Shown here: one piece after another, positions 12,248 through 25,357 of the stretch
Layout of the letters: the number at the start of each line of letters is the position of its first letter
Numbering within the stretch: the first letter of the stretch is position 1
NCBI RefSeq assembly: GCF_001194135.2
Contig: NC_068996.1
Coordinates: 53,189,297 to 53,253,296, forward strand
Source of the DNA: Octopus bimaculoides
Taxonomy: Eukaryota
DNA: 64,000 nucleotides
Reading direction: 5' to 3'
Program-made: the position numbers and the translations under genes
The notes under the pieces: generated by a model
The model's input: the letters and a program-made list of their open reading frames with translations, nothing else
What the model was told of the DNA's origin: nothing
Database searches by the model: none

Positions 12248-13096
12248 CATTATTATTATTGTTCAGTAGTTTTATTTTTATAACATGCTTTGACTTCACT
12301 ACCAAGTGCAGCTCTGTGTGCCTTAGGTATGTGCTGTGGTTTGCTGTGGTACACTTATTGTTACTGTATTGAAAGTGTTTTACAGAGAATGTGTGCAGTG
12401 CCTAGTAGTGCTATTTTCAGTATGTTATATATACTTGTTATATATATAACATACTGAAAATATTATATATACTTGTTAATCCTTCTTCATTTTCCATAGC
12501 CTGGCTATTTCGTACTTAAGAGGGTTGTATCTATCTATCTTTGCGCCTTCCGTCTTGACTATTCATGGGTCAAAGAGGCATGCAACATCAACTGTATAGC
12601 ATATGTGGTGCACCTTGTCCACCACCACTAGGTTTGGTCTGTTATGCTCAAGCACCTGATCTATTTGGATTGGGAAATCCCAGAGGATTTTGCTCCACTC
12701 TCTGTGGTTTGCGCTCATTCCATGCCTTGCCTCTCTCTACCCCCCACTTTTCACACAGTTTCCAATGTAGCACTTTCACTACCTGGTCATGTCACTACAA
12801 CTTGTAGTGGTTTTGTATTATTATTATTATTATTATTATTATTACTTTTAATCTGCATCTTTGTTACAGTCACTTGCTGACCCAGCATCCTGGGGCAAGT
12901 GAAGGATAAGAGATGTTACAATATGACTGAAAGCTTGAGGAAGGGAGGTAGTGAAATACCCTCGTGTAATACAACACAGACATTTAAATGGATAGGGTTT
13001 GTCAGCACAATCTTTTGGGATTCCTCTGAGACATGGTTCTCCTGGGATCTTTTCTAGATCTTTATGACATCCCTGTGCTTGTTGTTGTTGTTTATT

Positions 13097-13310
13097 AAGG
13101 CAGTCAGCTGGCAGAATCATTAGCATGCTGGGAAAAATGCTTACTGGCATTTCATCCACCTTAATGTTCTCGGTTCAAATTCTACTGGGGTCAACTTTGC
13201 CTTTCATCTTTTCAGGGTCAATAAGATAAGTACCAGTTGTGTACTGGGGTTGATGTAATCAACTCAACTCCTTCCCTAAAATTTCTGGCCTTCTGCCAAA
13301 ATTTGAAATC
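13097..13310 (+). mobile_element. tRNA-derived SINE, family 2
   Basis: Similar to 11977-12195. Confidence 0.75.
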
Positions 13311-13474
13311 ATAAAATTTTTTTTTTTCTAAACCATTTAAATATTTGAATTTTCAGAATTTACTTCTTTATGCAATTAAGGAAATCTAAATCTTTATTGA
13401 AAACCTATTTCAATATTCTTATGATCTTCTAACAATTAATGCTATGTTTCTAATTTATATATTTACTTAATTAG

Positions 13475-13651
13475 GCTCCTGTGATAATAATTCCAACAAA
13501 GTATTACACAGTTCCGACTCAACATTTCCGAGACTTAGGATGTTCTATGGTAATCTGGGCTAATCACAACTTGCGCGCCTCAATCACAGCTATGCAAAGT
13601 TTATCTGCGACAATCTACAAGGATCAGTCTCTTGTAAATGTTGAAAAAACG
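13475..13651 (+). CDS. pepM: PEP mutase, penultimate coding exon
   Basis: TAG|GCT acceptor, ACG|GTAAG donor, 177 nt in frame. Encodes [59 protein letters not shown] with the PTKY and VIWANH motifs of PEP mutases. Confidence 0.95.
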
Positions 13652-13952
13652 GTAAGAAGTTCTTTCAGAATCTATAAAGATTTTCGTTTCCAAAAAATAG
13701 GAACATATGTTAATATTCCTTTCCCTAAATTATATTGTTATCTTTATGTTTTATCTTTTACTTGTTTCACTCATTGGATTGTGACCATTCTGGAGCACTG
13801 CCTTGAAGAGTTTGGCTTATCAAATCTACCTCAGTTCTTTTTTTTTTTCTATTTTGTTGGTTTCTTTTTGCCAAATTACTATGGTGATGTAAAGAAACCA
13901 ACATCAGTTGCCATACAGTCGTGGGGGACAAAGACAGACACACACACACACA

Positions 13953-14823
13953 NNNNNNNNNNNNNNNNNNNNNNNNNNNNNNNNNNNNNNNNNNNNNNNN
14001 NNNNNNNNNNNNNNNNNNNNNNNNNNNNNNNNNNNNNNNNNNNNNNNNNNNNNNNNNNNNNNNNNNNNNNNNNNNNNNNNNNNNNNNNNNNNNNNNNNNN
14101 NNNNNNNNNNNNNNNNNNNNNNNNNNNNNNNNNNNNNNNNNNNNNNNNNNNNNNNNNNNNNNNNNNNNNNNNNNNNNNNNNNNNNNNNNNNNNNNNNNNN
14201 NNNNNNNNNNNNNNNNNNNNNNNNNNNNNNNNNNNNNNNNNNNNNNNNNNNNNNNNNNNNNNNNNNNNNNNNNNNNNNNNNNNNNNNNNNNNNNNNNNNN
14301 NNNNNNNNNNNNNNNNNNNNNNNNNNNNNNNNNNNNNNNNNNNNNNNNNNNNNNNNNNNNNNNNNNNNNNNNNNNNNNNNNNNNNNNNNNNNNNNNNNNN
14401 NNNNNNNNNNNNNNNNNNNNNNNNNNNNNNNNNNNNNNNNNNNNNNNNNNNNNNNNNNNNNNNNNNNNNNNNNNNNNNNNNNNNNNNNNNNNNNNNNNNN
14501 NNNNNNNNNNNNNNNNNNNNNNNNNNNNNNNNNNNNNNNNNNNNNNNNNNNNNNNNNNNNNNNNNNNNNNNNNNNNNNNNNNNNNNNNNNNNNNNNNNNN
14601 NNNNNNNNNNNNNNNNNNNNNNNNNNNNNNNNNNNNNNNNNNNNNNNNNNNNNNNNNNNNNNNNNNNNNNNNNNNNNNNNNNNNNNNNNNNNNNNNNNNN
14701 NNNNNNNNNNNNNNNNNNNNNNNNNNNNNNNNNNNNNNNNNNNNNNNNNNNNNNNNNNNNNNNNNNNNNNNNNNNNNNNNNNNNNNNNNNNNNNNNNNNN
14801 NNNNNNNNNNNNNNNNNNNNNNN
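13953..14823. other. Assembly gap (N run)
   Basis: Other gaps: 20886-20964, 24750-25080, 28413-29287, 29933-29990, 48751-48760, 62729-62738. Confidence 1.
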
Positions 14824-14975
14824 NTCCTGCTCCTTCCCTCCTCCTCCTTCCCTCCTCCTCCACCACCACCTTCCTCTCTTCATTATTGCCACTGTTTCCA
14901 TTGCGAAAATCTTATTTTTCACAATTTCTGTTGCACATCTAATAAAGAAAGAAAGAAAGAAATATGTTTATAATA

Positions 14976-15358
14976 GGTGCAGAAATGGCTGTGTGGAAAG
15001 AAGCTTGCTTCCCAGCCACATGGTTCCGGGTTCAGTCTCAGTGTGTGGTACCCAGGAAAGTGTCTTCTACTATAGCCTCAGGCCGACCAAAATCTTGTGA
15101 GTAGATTTGGTTGACAGAAACTGGAAGAAGCCCCTTGTATGTATATATCTATGTTTGTGTGTGTTACCACCACTTGGCAACAGGTTTTCGGTTGTTTACA
15201 TTCCCACAACTTAAGTTGTCTGGCAAAAGAGACAAGAGACTAAGTACCAGAGTAAAGAAGGAAGAAGAAAAGAACTAGGATTGAATTGTTCAACTAAACC
15301 CCTTCAAGGTGGTGCCCCAGCATGGCCACAGTCCAATGAGTGAAACAAGTAAAAGATA
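14976..15358 (+). mobile_element. tRNA-derived SINE, family 3 (CORE-like centre, internal microsatellite)
   Basis: GGCTGTGTGG head, CCACATGGTTCCGGGTTCAGTC, TGAAACAAGTAAAAG tail. Copies at 23479-23855, 33037-33767 (-), 56288-56673 (-) and 63130-63350 (-); fragments at 444-600, 38130-38270 and 54200-54510. Confidence 0.8.
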
Positions 15359-15471
15359 AATGATGTCAATATTATGAAAATAAAACACGAAATAGCAATC
15401 AAATCATATTAAATTTTCAATCTTTAATTTTAATTATTGTTAAATTTTATCTTTATCAATATAATTTGCAG

Positions 15472-15555
15472 GTAGCTCCTGTGAAAGAAATATTCCGTTT
15501 ACAACGTGACCACGAACTGGTTGAAGCTGAAAAAATCTATTTACCTCAAAAATGA
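15472..15555 (+). CDS. pepM: PEP mutase, last coding exon
   Basis: GCAG|GTA acceptor; VAPVKEIFRLQRDHELVEAEKIYLPQK then TGA, matching the PEP mutase C-terminus (VKEIFRLQ...YLP). AATAAA at 15609-15614. Confidence 0.93.
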   Translation, partial: VAPVKEIFRLQRDHELVEAEKIYLPQK

Positions 15556-15976
15556 GCTAAGATGATATTCAAATATTCTTTTGAAATAAGAAACAAATCA
15601 TTTTTGGGAATAAATTTTGGGACTATTGTTTCTTTTTTTTTTTCTTTTTTTAATTTTCAAATCATTTTTCTGTATAGGTAAACATTGGTATTTTTCCTAA
15701 CTGATAAAAATTTCAGTTAACATTCTGATCGTTTTCTTTTTTCTGGCCTTATATGGTGTTATTACAGAATATCAATGAATGATAATGACTTGACTTTTGT
15801 CTACGATTTTTTTTTTTACATTTTTTGAATGGAAATTATATTTCTTAAGAACTTTGTAAAAAAAAATTATTTATATACATGTGTATACACAAATATATAT
15901 ACACATAAATATATATATATATATACATACAGACCGCATATATACACTCACCCACACACACACACATGCACACATA

Positions 15977-16879
15977 TACAAGGTAGTATCAACAAGTTCC
16001 TGGATTAGTTATGTTTAATAAAAACAATAACTTATTTACCTAAATTTTAACATCATCTCCTTTGAAATAGTCACTTTGAACAGCAATACACCAGTTCCAG
16101 TGTTCCTGCCACTTTTGGGATCCAGCCTGGAAGTCCGTTTCCATAAGCACGTTGAGGACCTTCTGCGATTCAATCTGGATCTCGACAACAGTGATCATTA
16201 AGCTGCATTTTCATCTTGGGGAAGAGATGGAAGTCCACAGGTGCTAAATCTGGCGAATAGGGCGGATGCAGAAGTGATACTGTATGGTTTCTAGTGAGAA
16301 ACTCAAGAATGACAAGAGCTCAGTGACAAGGTACATAGTCATCATGAAGAATGCAATTCTTCACGCTCCACAGACCTGGTTGCTTTTGCTGAATATTCTC
16401 TTGCAAATGGTTCAAAACATTGTTGATTGTCCTCTGATGATCGTCATGCATAAGCTGATGAATTTTCTCCACATTTCTGGGGGTGACACTCATGGCAGAT
16501 CTTCCAGATCACTCGTCGTCTTCCAGGGACATTCTTCCACTTTTGTAGCACCTGTGCCACTTGAAACATTGCATATGACCCATTGTCTCATCGCGGTAAA
16601 CTTGCCAAACCATGCTCAATGTCTCTGTATCAGACTCCCTAATTTTAACACAAAATTTCACGTTGGCTCTTTGTTCCAACTTTCTGTCCATGACAAAATC
16701 ACATACACACATTGTCACAAAAACACAAATTTCACAACTTGTCAAGTAAACACAGTGATGTTACTTGGCACACTGTCTCATGAAGGTCACTGCTAGCTTT
16801 CACTGCACACACAACCACATGCTGCCATCTGTTGGCATGCTACAGAGCTAGTCCAGGAACTTTTTGATACCACCTCATA
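15977..16879 (-). mobile_element. Mariner-type DNA transposon, internally deleted
   Basis: ~30-bp TIRs (AAGGTAGTATCAACAAGTTCCTGGATTAG / CTAGTCCAGGAACTTTTTGATACCACCTCA), TA at both ends; MDRKLEQRANVKFCVK...SLEDDE HTH remnant. Confidence 0.9.
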
Positions 16880-17445
16880 GAGCTTGGTGCTGTCTACATT
16901 GGCAAGGCTTGTCTTATTTAGTAAAATCCATAAAAAGGAGCATAGGGAAGTTACTATGGGGAATGGAAAATCGAGCATTTTAGACAGACCTTATCACCAT
17001 GGCAAGTCCATTGTACTCTTTTTAAGGATTTTTTATAAATATTCATACATACACACACACATTATTAAAATAGTGAGTCCAACAAAAGGTGTTTTGTCTT
17101 ACTGGAGAATCTGCTACTCTTTATATATACTGCTATTAGCAGTATAAGTAGCAGTATACTCCTTATACTGCTACTCCTTATATACCTAGTGGCAGAGTAG
17201 ATTGTATTTGAAGAAATAATGAGGGTGGTAGCAATAACAATCATCATCATCATCATGTATCCATCTTTCTATTCCATTTAAATTTGAACCATTCTTTATT
17301 TTGGAAAGCCATTTTCTATCAATTCCTTTTTCTACTTTTTTCCATCAATTATCCACCCATTTAATTTATTCCTGATTTTAGTTTTTGCATTTCCCTTACT
17401 TCATCTTCATCACCATTATTATCTGTACTCACACATTTTGTTCTG

Positions 17446-17480
<35 letters not shown>

Positions 17481-17481
17481 T

Positions 17482-17513
<32 letters not shown>

Positions 17514-20500
17514 TACATATTAGGGGTAGCAGTTCCTCAATCCTCCAAATTGTTCTTGATCAAAGCAATATACCTTTTGTTTAAACTCACTGTTTTAACA
17601 AAACTTATTTACATTGTTTGAATATTTTATTCTAAGTGTCCTTACCATGACCCCACTTGCACAAATACTTCATTATTATTATTACTATTTACTAATATTA
17701 TTAATATTTATTAAATATTCTTATTATTACTATTTATTAAATTGAACAGTGCATATAAGATATGAAATATTATAATACAGATAGATATTTTGATAGCTTT
17801 AAATAATAAATGTGTATTTAACTACTATGGATTTTGGAAAAAATAAATTATTTTGTATAACGTTTAGATAATTTTGTTAAAGATATATTTAATATTTTAC
17901 CAATTTCATGCTCAATTCATATAAAACTACATTATTATTATTATTATTATTATCCATGAGCTGGCAGAATCATTAGAGCGTCGGCATTTATTCCAGTCCT
18001 TTACATTCTGAGTTCAAATCCTGCCAAAGTCAATTTACTTATGTTTTTGAAGTCAATGGTATTCATTTATCCGCTCCCATCCCAAGCTGTTGGCATTATG
18101 CCTAAATCAGATATCATTTATTATTTTGGGGGATGGGGGTGAAATATTAATTATTTTTTGTAAAATAATTAATTGTAGGAGAAACAGTATTAATACCAAA
18201 GAGCAATCTTTATATCCAACTTAATGTTTTTTGTTATTAACACTGTTTCTATCACTATTATCTTTTAATAAGCCTGCTTGCTATTTGTGACATCAGTGCT
18301 TGGAAAGTTACTGAAATTCTTTATCCCATTGACAGTGAGATTCAACTGTTATGTTGCTACTGGACTCCTGCCATTGCAGGGCAAAACCATGTGACCTGGC
18401 AGTTCCAGCAGCTGTAGCAGACGATTCCCATCTAAATGTGAGTGCTTTTATGCACCACATATCCATATGAGAGGTCCTCTCTTGGTAAATAATGCTGTAT
18501 TTTATGTTCTAACAAAACATCTATTGATTGCTTTTTAATTATTTAAAAAATGTTCATGCTGTTTTGCTGTCTCGTGGAAATTCGCTCAATTCTGCAATGT
18601 ATATTTTTATCATTATTGTGATAATGTAAACACATAATTTATTTTGTTTCCATTACTGGTTCTTTGTGGAAAAAATTAGCATCATGCTATTGTTATTACT
18701 TTTGTTCCATTATCTTAGAATAATTACTGAATACAAATTTAAAGGGGGGGGGGGAAATCACATTTCACTGAACTGAATTCTGAAAAAAATAAGTCATAGG
18801 TTTTAAGATCTCAGTTTTTGGATATGAGCAAAATGTTTGTAGAAAAGAAATGTTACATTTCATTGAAATGAATCGAATAAAGAAAACCAGAGAAAACATT
18901 AAGTAAATTAATGCTTTAATGTTTCATTGTTATATTTAAGATATTCTTGTTTATTGCTCAGGAATAGGAGATGCAGGGTTTGCAAGCACACCCTCTAAAA
19001 TTTTGGGTGGGGTAATGAAAACACTTTCATCATCCTAAATTAGGCCTGGGTTTGAACCCACTAAGCAAATTTAATTCCCACACTTATGTAAGCAACTAAA
19101 AATTTTATGTTTAATTACTCTGTTCCTTATAGTATTTAAATGAAATGTAACTTTTTATCTTGCAACTTTCTTTATTGAAATTTTTATAACCTTTTTCTGT
19201 GACATTTTCCTTTGGCTTTTTAAATTCCTGGATTCAAATAATCTATGAGTTTATCCTCATTATCGGCAGTAGATGTTTGTTAGTTAATTTATATCACGTT
19301 TTAACTCAAGCCTGATAAATGAAAAAGTACTGAGTAGTAGAGTAAAGAAAAAGATTACTGATGTTATAAAAATGTTATAAACATTCTTGAGAATGTGAAA
19401 TAATTCCTTTTTTGGAATATTGGATCTCAAAGCACATATATAAAGCTATAAACATTTTGGATGGGAAGCCTTTTACTTATTCTGTCCAAAACAGATTTCA
19501 ACCCAATATTTGCTTGTTATTTTTTATAGCTTTATATGTGCTTGGAGATCCACTATTCCAAAAATAATTATATTTCCGTTAATTCTTTAATGCTAGCTTT
19601 CTCTTGATAAACATACAATTTTAAATGATTCCTTTAGATGTGATTTTTTTTATATTACTTATTTACTTTCATTTTAGGACATAATTCCTTTTCATTTGCC
19701 AAAATCTCTAAAGGCTATGATGTTGTAAGCATTCCTCAAAGGAATTTCCTGTAAAATCTTGAAAACTCTATATTCAGAGTTCTTAAAAAGTTTTTTTGAT
19801 TTACTTCTAAACATAACACATATACACATGCATATACACATACATACATATATATATACATACATAGACATAGATATGTGTCTCTGTCTATCTATAGTTA
19901 GTTTGCTTGTTTGTCCATCTATTTATCTATCTGCCCATCTATCTCTATAGATTGATCAATAAATAAATAGATAAATAAATAGATAGATAGATAGATAGAC
20001 AAACAGACAGTCAGTTACAATGAATCAAATTAATATTCGTATAAAGTATCCTAGACACTTATTTATGGAAGAAGAAATTCAAACAATTATTGCTTCTTAA
20101 AACCAATCATAAAACTATTTGTTTTTTTATTTTTATTTTTAGACTTCTCTACCATTTTTCTTAATCTTCTCATCATAAACATATCCATTATATGTTTATT
20201 AAATTTCAAATGGATTTAAGAATTGACAAGCTTTAGAATTGTGCAGAACAAGTATAAATTATGAAACAATTGCATAGATTTAATAGAATTTGATTAGATT
20301 TATATTATTAAAAAAAGGTGGCAGCTTGGCAGAATTGTTACAATCTTAAAATTCTTCTTGGTATTTGTGGCGCCATTCTGTGCTATGGATTAAAATTTTG
20401 CTGTGATCAGCTATACCTTTTCTCCCTATAGAACCGAAAAAAAATAAATAAATAAATAAAAGGTCCTAGTCTCAGATGTTGGATTGGCAGAATACTTAGA

Positions 20501-21184
20501 ATGTTGGACTGGATGTTGCCTTGTGGTGTCTGTTTAAATTTTAAATTCTGTCCCTAACTCTAACCCTGTCACTTGCAAGAACAGTGACACTTTTGTCAGG
20601 AGTCGTAAGTAAGGGAGAATTTTAGCTGTTTGTAAAAAAGAAAAAAAGAAAAATCTGTCAAAAATAGTTTTTTTGGTTCAATCAGAAAATATACTGCCAG
20701 TTTTATAGTACTAAAAGAAGGAATTCCTGGCTAAAATTAGCTGTTGAGGAAAGAAAAGTCATTGGAAATATAACATTTCATCTTATTGGTATTTTATTGT
20801 ATTTAAAATAAAAATATTTATCAATCTTGAATGGCTCCCTTTGTATTTCACACACACACACACACATATATACATATACAGTGGCNNNNNNNNNNNNNNN
20901 NNNNNNNNNNNNNNNNNNNNNNNNNNNNNNNNNNNNNNNNNNNNNNNNNNNNNNNNNNNNNNNNTTTGTTAAAAGTATTCTTTTCAACTGTCTACAAAAA
21001 CAGCCAGGCTGAAATGATTAATGCATTCTTCCTGGAGTGAATAAAAAATTCTCAAACTTGAGGGGATGGGCCCCTTAGATACTAACATGGGCCCCCATAT
21101 ATGGATTCTAATGGCGCAGGGGCCCACTTGCCATCAGGCAAGCTGGCAACCTGGCCAGTCTGCCACTGTGTGTGTGTGTGTGTG

Positions 21185-21238
<54 letters not shown>

Positions 21239-22771
21239 TTTACACACAGAAATGTATTTATTTTTATAAAATTTTCTAATATTGGCTTATTGTGTTTTCA
21301 TTTTGATGCAATAAATATTTAGAAAATAAAAGAACAGTTATTATTTATTTATTTATTTTACATTGAACTATGTTCTATTAAACTTACAAACATTGTTTTA
21401 CATTATTCTTTGACAAGTAATGTTCCATATGTCATTGATCTGGTGTAGTATCCTTAAAGAATTTAGCTTTGAGATTTAACCCTTTTCTCACCATATTTCT
21501 GTTGAAATAAACTGCCTTTGTTCAGTTAATGAAAATAATAAAGAAATTAGTAAAATAACATTGTCATTATTAAGCTTGTTTTTGGTACAGAGATTAACAT
21601 GAAATTTTGATGGAACATTTTAATTTAGATTACTTTAAAGCAAGAAGTTTATATCATAGAACAAGAAGCAGCCTCAGGCAGGTTGATATCAAAAAGACTT
21701 TTGTTGTCTTTCATTAGAAAATGGAAATATTTAAACCAGTTTATTTGCAAGCTGTTGAAACACTTGATGTTGAATGAAAAGACATTGTCAAGGATGGCAA
21801 CCTCATTTGAAGTTACTGGGTGTGTCCCATTATTGGTGGAAAATTGGTGGAATTAAGTGTAAATGCTGAAGCTTTCTCAGTAGGAGAAATGCTTACATTT
21901 GAGAAATGGTGAGAGGATTATACAATGTTCCTTGAGATCTTTTAGCAGCAGACCTAAAGGATTGGCTGCAATTTGTAAGGTAATAATAATGTAAGAGAAT
22001 TTGCAGAGTGTGAGATGGAAATAGGTATATTTTGCTTTTTAGTTGGTAATCTTCCCTAATTTGCAGCAGTGACTAAAAGTCACCTAATTGGGTGAGGTGT
22101 GGTTGTTCCAGGATTCTTCCCTAAAATACATACGAACCATACAGAATACATAGGGCTTTGGTTGTGTGGTGGATGTGAATGGACATGGTTAAAAGGACAA
22201 CATCAGTTATATGCTTAGCTACCTCAGATGTATTGAGGCAGACCTCAATTCTTATATTTTGTCATAATTGACAAAAGAGAAGTGAATCCAAATCCACAGA
22301 AATACAGTGTTACAATTAGAATGCAGATAAAAAAAGTGCCATCAGTGAACAAGTCACAGTTTCAAGCAACAAAAATGTTGACACCAAATAATAAATAATA
22401 AAAGTGAAGTTAACATTCATTGTGTTTTTATGAATGACTGACTTGTACATTCTATGCTGCAATCATTTTAGTTTCAACACACAATTTTAGACCAAATCTC
22501 TTGTCTCATAAAGTATTCACGTGTAAACCTTTTTATTCATTTTCTCTTTTATTCTCCCTTCATTTACTATTTCAACCATTCATCTGCAACTACAATTTTA
22601 ATTCACCAAAGACCTTTAGGAGCAGAAATAATGAACTAATTTTGCTTGCATTTCTACTTTGTTAAAGTTTAGAGGATTCCTTAAGAAAATGCATGCAAAC
22701 TAATTCAAGAATCGTACTTCAGTCTCAGCCATATTTGGTAGAACAACATTTTGCATCTGTAGTTTCAACTA

Positions 22772-22810
<39 letters not shown>

Positions 22811-23448
22811 TTAATGTCTGTTTTCCATCGTGCTGGTAAGAGCTGAATGATCTGACAGGAGCTGACAAGCCAGAGGACTAGGCCAAACTCTACTGTCAGC
22901 ATTGGTATGGTCTCTATGGCTAAATGCCCTTACTAATGCCAATCACTTTACAATGTATGCAGAGTGCTTTTTATGTGGCACCAACCCTGACAGGCAGGGG
23001 TCACCAAATAACTTGCAAGACAAAGACCTCATAGCTAGTAGGGGGAGTAGTGAATAGTGTTGAAGGGGGTGATTTTTTTACCTGTTGATTAGAGATTTAA
23101 ACATCCCCCAGAGCAATGACACTAAAATTATCAATAGAAATCTGTTATTCAGAGCACAAAGTGGATGCTGTGAAACAGTGTCCCCAAGGCTTGCTAATCT
23201 TACATATAATAAAACGCATTGTGTGTCTCATCACTTGTGCGAGGAAGAGAAGAGTGGGAGTGGGTGACAGTTACAGATACTGAAGGCTGGTGAAAAGCAT
23301 TCAACGGTTTTGCTCTGAAGAAGCTGGTATTTTAATCAAAATAAAACTGCAAATTTTTATTGTAAATTGTATTTAGTCATCAGTTTCACACACAGACATA
23401 CATATACAAATATAAAGATGAAATCAAATTTTAAACACGTTTGTTTTC

Positions 23449-23478
23449 AACCCTAACCCTAACCCTAACCCTAACCCT
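23449..23478 (-). repeat. Interstitial telomeric repeat, (TTAGGG)5 on the minus strand
   Basis: (AACCCT)5 exact on the plus strand. Confidence 0.9.
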
Positions 23479-23855
23479 TACCAACCACATGGTCCCGGGT
23501 TCAGTCCCACTGCGTGGCATCTTGGGCAAGTGTCTTCTACTATAGCCTCGGGCCGACCAAAGCCTTGTGAGTGGATTTGGTAGACAGAAACTGAAAGAAG
23601 CCCGTCGTATATATGTATATATATATATGTATGTATGTATGTGTTTGTGTGTCTGTGTTTGTCCCCCCAACATCGCTTGACAACCGATGCTGGTGTGTTT
23701 ATGTCCCCGTAACTTTGCGGTTCGGCAAAAGAGACCGATAGAATAAGTACTAGGCTTCTAAAGAATAAGTCCTGGGGTCGATTTGCTCGACTAAAAGGCG
23801 GTGCTCCAGCATGGCCGCAGTTAAAAGACTGAAACAAGTAAAAGAGTAAAAGAGT
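23479..23855 (+). mobile_element. SINE family 3, young 5'-truncated copy
   Basis: CpG-rich near-consensus copy; the head is replaced by telomeric repeats. Confidence 0.88.
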
Positions 23856-23897
23856 ATTCACATAACATATACATATAGATGTCAAGTGAACAGGAAT

Positions 23898-23929
<32 letters not shown>

Positions 23930-24707
23930 CATCATCATCATCATCATCATCATCATTATTTAACATCTATCTTTCATGTATGCATGAGTAGGACTGTTGA
24001 TGGAAGCTGGCCAGGTAAAAGACCACCTCAGGCTACTGAGTTTGTTTTGGCAGAGTTTTTACAGCTGGATGCCCTTCCCAACATTCTGCAGAGTGGATTC
24101 AGTGCTTTTTATATGACACTAGCACTCAAAAGATTCAAACTTAGACTCTGATGTCTTTTCAGGGGATCATTCCACAAGGTAAAGAACGGCTACAACTTAC
24201 TTGTACATATTCATCATATATGTACATGTATTCACTGGTGATTCATCAACTGAATGACCTGTGAATTCTTGAAGGTCAGCCAAGGAAAATGGAAAATGTA
24301 ACCAACCATGAAGAATGTATTAGCAGTAGAAAGAAATAGAATGGCACTCCCTTTAATATGAACCTAAATACTTACCATCCATAGTATAGCCACCCTTGCA
24401 CTCCATCTGTACTTTTAAAGCACTTTCATAAACAGACTTTCAACCACAACACATTTTTTGATACACTGAGTGACTACTGCTACCTTGCAGACAGAAAGGA
24501 TGTGATTGAAGCTGAGAATTTAAACTTACAGAAAACAGAAACAATATTTATATACCATCTGAGGAAACACAACAAGATCTCATAATGTGGGGAAACAGTT
24601 ACATAACCAAATACCTGCAAAGTTGGAGAGCTATGTTGTGTGGAAACACTTGTAGTGATTACAGATAAATGCTCCTTTGTACTCCTTCTTGTTGACTCCA
24701 ACTTATT

Positions 24708-24749
<42 letters not shown>

Positions 24750-25080
24750 NNNNNNNNNNNNNNNNNNNNNNNNNNNNNNNNNNNNNNNNNNNNNNNNNNN
24801 NNNNNNNNNNNNNNNNNNNNNNNNNNNNNNNNNNNNNNNNNNNNNNNNNNNNNNNNNNNNNNNNNNNNNNNNNNNNNNNNNNNNNNNNNNNNNNNNNNNN
24901 NNNNNNNNNNNNNNNNNNNNNNNNNNNNNNNNNNNNNNNNNNNNNNNNNNNNNNNNNNNNNNNNNNNNNNNNNNNNNNNNNNNNNNNNNNNNNNNNNNNN
25001 NNNNNNNNNNNNNNNNNNNNNNNNNNNNNNNNNNNNNNNNNNNNNNNNNNNNNNNNNNNNNNNNNNNNNNNNNNNNNNNN

Positions 25081-25357
25081 GGGACAAGCTGAAGAGTAAC
25101 CTCTTAGAAACGAAGATAGCTCACAACACTTTTGAGCAAACAGCCTTGGAACGAACAAAACGGAGATCGTTGTGTCAAAATGGTATAAGAAACTTTGGTG
25201 TGACCAGCATTAATAGGCTTCAGGGTGCAAGACAAAGGAGAAAAACGGGTGAAAATATATCACCTGCACTGACTTGTAATCCTCATACTTGCAGGATCTA
25301 TGGCCTTCTTTGTAAAACGTTGGCGGGACTTAAATGTCACATTTGACATAAGCATTA
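25081..25357 (+). mobile_element. 3' end of a second RTE-type LINE family (C-terminal Cys/His finger remnant)
   Basis: DKLKSNL...ALERTKRRSLCQNG...TCRIYGLLCKTLAGLKCHI*HKH. Confidence 0.6.

Noticed and set aside
13481-15100. 539-aa ORF and other long ORFs around 13879-14973, 24640-25158 and 27979-29375
   Set aside because: They run through N gaps. Only 13475-13651 (PEP mutase exon) and the RTE piece at 28229-28412 are real coding-like sequence.
18336-18437. Exon-like segment (CAG| ... |GTGAGT) in the intergenic region
   Set aside because: Stops in all three plus frames and no recognisable protein on either strand; could only be a non-coding exon and has no support.
20552-20567. Degenerate CCCTAACTCTAACCCT
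   Set aside because: Only two imperfect units and not at a retroelement 5' truncation; likely chance.
25085-25122. CTGAAGA...GAAAC spacing resembling a hammerhead
   Set aside because: Lies in RTE coding remnant; stems II and III are not formed.
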